DNA of 64,000 nucleotides from NCBI RefSeq assembly GCF_009914755.1, contig NC_060934.1; one strand, given 5' to 3'. Position 1 is the first letter of the stretch. Each line of letters begins with the position of its first letter. Origin of the DNA: the human T2T-CHM13v2.0 reference genome, Homo sapiens. The position numbers were made by a program, and so were the translations under genes. Shown here piece after piece: positions 56,631 to 64,000 of the stretch. The notes beneath the pieces were generated by a model. It worked only from the letters and a program-made list of their open reading frames with translations. It ran no database searches and was not told the DNA's origin.

Positions 56631-56695
56631 GTGTACTTCAGTATGTTTTTGTAGTGGCTGACAACAGTCTTTCCTTTCCATATTTAGTGCTACCT

Positions 56696-57670
56696 TTAAG
56701 AGTTCTTGTAAAGTAGTTGATTGGTAACAATTTCCCTCAGCATTTGCCTGTCTGAAAAGGATCTTATTTCTCCTTCATTTATGCAGCTTAGTTTGGCCGG
56801 ATAAGAATTTCTGGGTTGAAATTTCTTTTCTTTAAGAATGTTGAATATTGGCCCCCAATTTCCTCTGGCTTGTATGGTTTCTGCTGAAAGCTCCACTGTT
56901 AGTCTGATGGGCTTCCCTTTGTAGGTCACCTGACCTTTCTCTCTAGCTGCCTTTAACACTTTTTCTTTCATTTCAACCATGGAGAGAATCTGATTATTAT
57001 AGGTCTTGAGAATGATCTTCTTGTGAAGTATCTTAGGGGTTCTCTGCATTTCCTGAATTTGAATGTTGGCCTCTTTAGCTAGGCTGGGGAAGTTCTGGAT
57101 GATATCCTGAAATATATTTTCCAAGTTGGTTCCATTTTCCCCATCTCTTTCAGGGACAAAAATGAGTCACAGATTTGGTCTCTTTACATAATCCCATATT
57201 TCTTGGAGGTTTTGTTTGTTCCTTTTCATTCTTTTTTCTCTATTCTTGTCTGAATGTCTTATTTCAGACAGCCAGTTTTCAAGCTCTGGGATTCTTTCCT
57301 CCACTTGTTCTATTCTGCTATTAATACTTGTGATTGCACTATGAAATTCTTGTAGTGTGTTTTTCAGCTCTATCAGGTCAATTAGATTCTTTTCTAGGCT
57401 GGCTATTTTGACTGTCAGCTCCTGCATCATTTTATCATGATTTTTAGCTTCCTTGGATTGGGTTTCAAAATACTTCTGTAGCTCAATGATCTTTATTCCT
57501 ATCCATATTCTGAATTCTATTTCTGTCATTTCAGCCATCTCAATCCAGTTCAGAACCCTTGCTGGAGAGGTGATGTGGTCATTTGGAGCAAAGAAGGTAC
57601 TCTGGCTTTTTGAGTTATCAGGGTTCTTGTGCTGATTCCTTCTCATCTTTGTGGACTTACCTTCCTTCAA
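56696..57670 (-). pseudogene. Disrupted L1 ORF1
   Basis: Coiled-coil ...LQEIWDYVKRPNL and ENIFQDIIQNFPSL...KAAREKGQVTYKGKPIRLT...YPAKLS, split by frameshift/stop. Confidence 0.9.
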
Positions 57671-59391
57671 TCTTTAAAACTGCTGACCTTTGGATGGGGT
57701 TTTTTTCCTTTTATCCTATTTGATGACCTTGAAGTTTGATTGTGGTATAAAGTGAATTCAGCTAACTGCCTTCATTTCTGGAAGATTTTACAGGGCCAAT
57801 GCTTAGCTCCCAACTCCTGGACTGCATGCTGTAACTCTGGGGGACTTGTATTGAGCCCCAACTTTGTTCTCTGGCTCCTTGAGGTTAGGAATCCACTTCA
57901 CTGGGGAGGTGGGGGAGAATGAGGTGCTCCCAGACCACTGGTCAGTACACTCCAACGGGTGGTGTCAGCCAAAGTGTTTCAGAGTGCGATGACAGTGGGA
58001 CCCATTCTTGCTCACAAGTGCCAGTAGCAGCAGTAGCAACAGCTGTGGCATAGTGGGTGGCAGGTGCCAGGATGCCTGCCTCCCTGCAAGTGTTCACCAC
58101 AGTGGCAAAGTCAACGCAGCTGGGGGGCCTCCGCTGGTGACTGTGTGTGTGGTCACCCTGAAGGTGGTGTTTTGGCTCAGGAGTGGGGCACTGATGGGTG
58201 CAGGTCTGGGTGTATAGGTCTCTGTGCCTCGCAAGCAGGAATGATTGCTCAGGCATGGGAGGATCCACCATTCTCTGCAGAGTGTTACCATAAGGGCAGA
58301 GCACTGGCGGGGGCAGGGCTGGCTGACTCTGTGCCCACCAAGACTCTGTCTGCAACAGAGGTCAGTGGGGAGAGGAAGGGTAGACTGCACACCCAAATGC
58401 TGATGGTCAAGAAAAGCAAAACCCACCTCCACAGACACATGCCAGCAAAGCAATGTGGGGAGTTGCCTTAGGCCTAAAGAAAGCTGCAGTATGGGAGGGA
58501 GCATGGGGGTTGGTGCATGGCTGTAGGGGCCATCCTGCTGGAGCTCTCTACCAGTCAGGCACAATCTGCCAGTGCAGAAGCTATGGTGTGGGACCCCAGG
58601 GCACCCGAGGCTGCTCTGCAAGCAGGTGTAGCCAGGCTGGGGCTCTGGGAAAGGACAGCAGACCAAGGGGTTCTCAGGTCAGACTGGCCTCGTCTGATGG
58701 GCAAGACCACCCTGCAGAGTTCAGGACTGACAGTTCCCCTAGTCCTGCACCAAACTCTTCGGGCTCCACATCAGCTGGCTGCTGCCCCTAACCCTTCTCT
58801 AAGCAGCTCTCCATGCCATCTTGAGTGTCCATAGTGGTCAAGGGGTCTCCCCCTGCCAGGGTTCCAGAGGCCTGTGGCAAAAGCAGTTTGCTCCTTGCCA
58901 GTGCAACTCACCTGTTCCCTCAGAGCCACTGGGGGCCAGGAATGAGTGTGGGTATACTGTAGCCCCATGTAGCGTTTCCAGCTTTCTCACCCTTCAGCCC
59001 AGCTTCTGCGTCTTCCCTCTGTCCATTCTTAGTGCCTTTATCTCTGAAGATGTGTTAGGAGTGTGTCAGTCATCTGAGTCCCTTCATGAGAGCCGTTCCA
59101 CCTGCCTGCGTCTAGTTGGTCATCTTGTCCCCCACCAATTCTTTTTCTTTTTTTATGATTAATAGGATATTATAGGACTTATTTGGTTTTGAAACTTTTT
59201 CAATATAAACATACATAAACACATGTACTTTTTCATTGTACCATAAATGTAGCATAATATTAAATATCAGAATTCTGATTTGTAACATCCAGATAAACCC
59301 ATAAGTGATTTTTCCAGTAATCACTCTTTCTAATTGATTTATCCATTGATCCTACCCCACTGATCTAATGTTTAATATAAAATGGCAAATG

Positions 59392-59690
59392 GGCTGGGTG
59401 CAAGGGCTCATGCCTATAATCCTAGCATTTTGGGAGACCAAGGTGGGTGGACCGCTTGAGCTCAGGAGTTCAAGACCAGCCCGGACAACATGGGAAAACC
59501 CATGTGTACTAAAAATACAAAAATTAGCTGGGCATAGTGATGCATGCCTGTAGTCCCAGCTACTTGGAGTGCTGAGGCAGGAGGATCGCTTCAACCCAGG
59601 AGGTCAAGGCTGCAGTCAGCTGAGATGATGCCACTGCACTTTAGCCTGGGTGACAAAGTGAGACCCTGTCTCAAAAATAAAATCAAATAA
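59392..59690 (+). mobile_element. Alu (AluJb-like)
   Basis: Full dimer with J diagnostics (GCTTGAGCTCAGG, GAGGTCAAGGCTGCAG). Confidence 0.92.
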
Positions 59691-60039
59691 AAGTCAAATG
59701 GTAATAAATAGTAACATACTTAAAGTACATTTGGTTTGCTACATGGATGTGGCAAGGGAGTTTTACCTTGATACTTGTAAGTTGTATTCTAATATTTGGA
59801 TCTTCCTCATTACTTTAAGAAAAAAGGAAAACCACTCAGGCCCTGTTGCCCAATTATTTTACATTTACAGCATGATTTTGAATGTAGAATATACATACAT
59901 ATTGTCACTGTTCTTATAAAGTAACTCAAATAGATGATTCTAAATATTAAAATGGGAAGAGATAAAAAACTCAAATCAACAAATATTTACGGAGGGCTTA
60001 CTATGCACAAATAGTGAAGCTACTTACAATCCACATTGT

Positions 60040-60530
60040 TAAGTAGGTATGAAATGAGCAATTAGCTGCAAGTTAAAGACACTCAAAATCACAGTGCTTC
60101 AAATGAGACAGAAGTTTACTTTGCTTTCACAAAAAAAGTCTGGAGATAAAGTGCTCCTGAGCTGATGTAGTGGTTCTGCTTTATAAAATACCTAGGAACC
60201 CAGGCGTCTTCCAACTTCTCACTCCGCCACCTTAGGTGTGGCCTTATCCTCATAGTCCAAGATGCCAGCTAGAGTTCCAACCATGACATCCACATTCCAG
60301 GCAGCAGGATAGAGCCAAAGTGTGCAGGTAGACTAACTTTTATGGAAGTTTGCAAAAGTTACCCAATAAAAATTTCACTTATATGTCATTAATCTTACTT
60401 GCATCTCAAAGCATAATTACAGCTGCAAGGGAAACTGGGAGGTATAGCTGCTATTACTGTTGGTCATTAATTTAGCAGGATTCTGTTTTTAGAAGACAAG
60501 GACAATTCATATTGGAGGCAACATCTCACT
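60040..60530 (-). mobile_element. MLT1J-like MaLR LTR
   Basis: ggaacccaggc..cttccaactt; ccaagatgccagctagagttccaaccatgacatccacattccaggcagcagga; cagctgcaagggaaactggga. Confidence 0.7.
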
Positions 60531-60609
60531 GTCACATCTCTCTCCTGCATGTTTCCCAAAACTCAAATTTCTGAATGTTCTGTGTCTATTCTGCCCAGCC
60601 ATGCTGTAG

Positions 60610-60810
60610 GAGGCAGCATGAAGCAGCTCTTAAATATTTCTATATTTAAACTGCCTGGATTTGAATACAGTCTCCAATGGGTCCTCATCTGTGAAATGGA
60701 GATAACAGTAAGATCTACTCCTAGGAGCTGTAAAGATTAATCAGTTCGTACATATAAAGCGATTGGCACAGTGACTGACACACTGAAAGATAAGCGCAGC
60801 ATATATTACT
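60610..60810 (+). mobile_element. MIR
   Basis: tcctcatctgtgaaatggagataacagta...catataaagcgattggcacagtgactgacac. Confidence 0.75.
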
Positions 60811-63800
60811 ATCATTATATCAATTTAGTCAAGAGGAAATGGAAGTAACTTAACTACAGGCTTAATAGCTTCCTACACAGGATCATGGGAGGCAGTCAGA
60901 AGAACAGAGTTACCACTACAGTTTTCATGGTGAGTCCTGCTGCCACCCCAGTACCGTCCATAAAGAAAATAGAGAGGAACTGACTTGTATAAAGTGTCAT
61001 TTTCTAAAAAAAAAAGCTCCTTATTCATACCACATTAATAAAGTTAGGCAGAAAATCTAAACATACAGATCACTCCCCAAACCTTCCTCAGACGATACCT
61101 GGGATAAACTGGTATTTCACCCTGCCAAAGAGAAGTAAAATACGGATAAAGGAAAAGCAATTACGGCAATTTGTTAAAGGCATCCAGCACCAAAGCTAAG
61201 ATCTGAATTCAAAATCCCTCCCCACTAATCCTGTGGACAAAATGGTGGAATTCATACTTGCTGAAACCACCTTTACTTATAAATATTATGAAAATACTTT
61301 AAACCACAAATCAAGCAATAAAAATCAGGTTTAGGGGGAAATTTTCTGGGTATTTTTTTCCCACACACATTCAAAATTGCTTTTAAGTCTTTACTGACAA
61401 AAGTGACATTGTTTTTTAAAAATAAATTGGGAATACAGAAACTGCCAGATTACTGTGTTGGAGTAGTGTTGCTGGGATATCACCTCTCTTCCATATTTCC
61501 CAGTCTTCTAATGTTAAATTTAGGCTCCTGTTGGCAAACTGTTTTTCTTCTTTTATGGCACAAAATGATTATCTTACTTCAACTGCCAAAGTCCAAGCTT
61601 GAGACATGCAGGATAAAGAAAAGTGAATAAACTGCTGTGTTTCCATTTTCCAACATCACTTGCAGGCAGCAGGAAGTCACAAGCATAAAGTCACAGGGAA
61701 TTATCACAAAGACAAAACAATTCATTTAAGGCTATTTAGAAGCATATTTTTTTATTTTTGCTCCCAAATGTTGTCTAGTCATAGTATTGTGAGAATCAAC
61801 AAAGGATTCTCCTCCAACTGGGGGAGGGCCGGGGGAGGGACAGAATGGGCTAGTTCAGATTTGGAACAGTGACCTAGAAGGCAGTTCTATCACTCAGCTA
61901 TTCAAGTGATGTGGCCATCTGAACATCTTTCCCTTCCTTGGTAGCAGAGTGAGATGAATATATATGTGTTAACATTCTTGAGATGAGATATAGTATCTTT
62001 CCTAGCCAAACATAACTTCTCCAAAGCCAACTTTTTCCACATGCTTTAGAGTAAGAAAGATAATATTTTTAGAGATGTTGAGAACTTTTAGGCTTTATCA
62101 CTAAAACTGAATTCACCCAGTGAAGAGGAACCCTAAGGAAAATTTCAAACATAACGTCTTCCCAGTGAATTTCATCTTTACTCCTGAATCTGAGGCAATA
62201 GGCTACTTTCTCCCTTATTAAACATAAAGAAAAATAATTACTTAATGAGAGAATATATAGCCATTCTCAATAAAAGCAACTGGGATTCCACAAACATTAC
62301 TATGTCATGACTGAATGAATGAAGTGCTAAGATAAAGAGTTTAGAAAGAATGAAAAACCTAATTACTTATAGGAATCTGTGTGATTAAGTCTAGAAAAAT
62401 AAAAGGAAGAAAAGTGCATTAGTCTAATGAGATGTAGACAAAATATTTAAAATTGGCTCAAAGTGTTTGGTTGAATTATCTTGAATAATAAAAGATTAAA
62501 TTTCCTAGAAAATCTTTGTTCCAAAGTAAAATGATTTTCTGATTCATGCTTTTGAAACTTTATAAAGTGAAACAAAAGGGCATTTTCCTATTCTTTTTAG
62601 TGTTGAAAAATGGTAACTGGGCCTCAGCAGAACTGAATTTGGGAACCTAAATGGCAAACCTAAAAATTCACTTAAAGAAGGTGAATTAGGAAACTTTGTT
62701 CCTCATAACAGAGCTCCAGTGCTTGAGAACTAAAGCATAAAACTACTTTCTGTGAACTGTAGAGATAGATTTCTTTAAGATGTCTGACTCCTCCATTAGG
62801 AACTAGTGATCCACATTTTTAAATAAGCAGGAGGTTCATGGATACAGATCCCATTTTTTGAGAAATGTTGACCTAAACAACACTTACCTGTTCTGTTGAT
62901 GCAGAATGAAATCAGGTAAACTGCCCTAAGCTTCCTCAAGATCTACTCAAGCTCAGTTTATCCTGTTAGCCTATATCTATCTCTTTTTCTTTACACATTT
63001 TTTAAAAGCAATTTTCCCTAATTTCATATCCCATGATTTGGAGTCGATTGTCCACTCTCAATAAGAAGGTATTTCTCCTACAGCTCTAACTCTGGAACTG
63101 TTTTATGAAAGCTTGCAAACAGTTAGTAAGCATTACACTCACCTCTGAAAGATTTTTCCTACCTGTAATTTAATTTAGCTCCAAGCTATAGCACGTGAAT
63201 GCCCCTGCATTCTTTATATGACTCTTTACGTCAAGTCTCTACACACTGGATTATATGAAGATCCCCTATGATTCACACAGTCAATAAATAAATCAACAAA
63301 AATGTAGAAAGGAAGGAGGAGGATCCAGTTTTAGATAGTAAAGATCAGAAAGAATAGTCTACATACTTTATCAAAGCGTACTGCAATGAAAAGTGTAAGC
63401 ATGACTACTTTCAAATGCAGATTCCTAGCATGTTCATTTCCTTTGTTCTTCAAGTATTCATGGAATTAAAGAAACAGGAAACAATCAGTTATGTATATTA
63501 GTGCTTCCTTCACTGCACTAGGTCATCATAAGCTTCTGATGACCAAACAGAACTAAGACTAAAATGGCTGATGTTCCTAAAAACCTCCCAGTTGACCCAG
63601 ATAATAAGCTAGGATCAAAAATAACAACAGGCCAATGCAGCTTTTTTCTCTAAGAAATTCTGTTATTGCTGTTATTAGATTTACAGTTACATTGGGATGC
63701 TAAGATTTCTTGCTGTATTTTTATGGTAATTGCAGTTTTATATACATAATATCATCAACAGCTCATATATTCTGTGGGCTGGTTTTATGCTGGGTTGGAT

Positions 63801-64000
63801 TTAAATGCTCTTCAAGGAACTGTACTTTTTTGTCCCCATTTAAAAAGACTGTAGACAGGTCAGATAATAATAGCAATAACTCAGAAACCTGAAGATTAGA
63901 AAATTGAATAAGGCTGATTCTAAAAAGGCATGGAAATTTCATACCCATGCTATTTTGTTGGCTCACTGAGTACATGATGGAGTAAAAAGAACATTGAAAC

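Larger units (their letters stand above)
52511..59138 (-). mobile_element. Full-length (~6.6 kb) inactive L1 (L1PA12-15 range)
   Basis: 3'UTR ttttattttaagttcagggtacatgtgcaggtttgttatataggtaaac, then ORF2, ORF1 and a ~1.4-kb 5'UTR, all colinear. TSD-like TTCTTTTTCTTTTTT at 52511-25 and 59139-53. Confidence 0.92.

Noticed and set aside
57942-59162. Overlapping long ORFs (105-190 aa) on both strands
   Set aside because: They lie in the GC-richer L1 5'UTR where stops are rare. No recognisable domain, and the element appears older than the subfamilies known to carry ORF0.

Overview
Human non-coding genomic DNA: it carries primate Alu, L1PA, THE1 and MER41 repeats plus an L1HS-type 3' end. It is AT-rich with no CpG island. 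I recognise no intact protein-coding gene, tRNA, rRNA or CRISPR array. The ORF track is dominated by Alu/L1/LTR read-through and chance ORFs. The window is a transposable-element mosaic: an ERV1 LTR cluster at about 8.8-15.7 kb (MER41, MER4E, MER48/61-like, MER39 with nested MER50); a degraded ERVL provirus at about 26.6-33.8 kb (- strand) with several nested insertions; a full-length old L1PA at about 52.5-59.1 kb; about 15 Alus; THE1/MST, MER68 and MLT LTRs; and MIR, L2, CR1 and MER5A fragments. The + strand looks A-rich, and several good AG...GT exon-like units lie on the - strand (about 1, 7.6, 10, 17.3, 18.5 and 63 kb). This suggests the window lies inside a - strand lncRNA or a long multi-exon 5'UTR, but I cannot name the host gene. 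Best leads: (1) a tiny pre-Ta L1HS stub fused into an AluY tail; (2) a ~170-bp local duplication with AP-1 motifs inserted into ERVL pol; (3) a MER41 LTR with three STAT GAS motifs; (4) a 28-nt cryptic exon inside a MER4E LTR; (5) an ancient degenerate palindrome near 63.6-64.0 kb. Repeat subfamily names come from memory of consensus sequences and need RepeatMasker/Dfam confirmation. I found no convincing novel multi-gene system.
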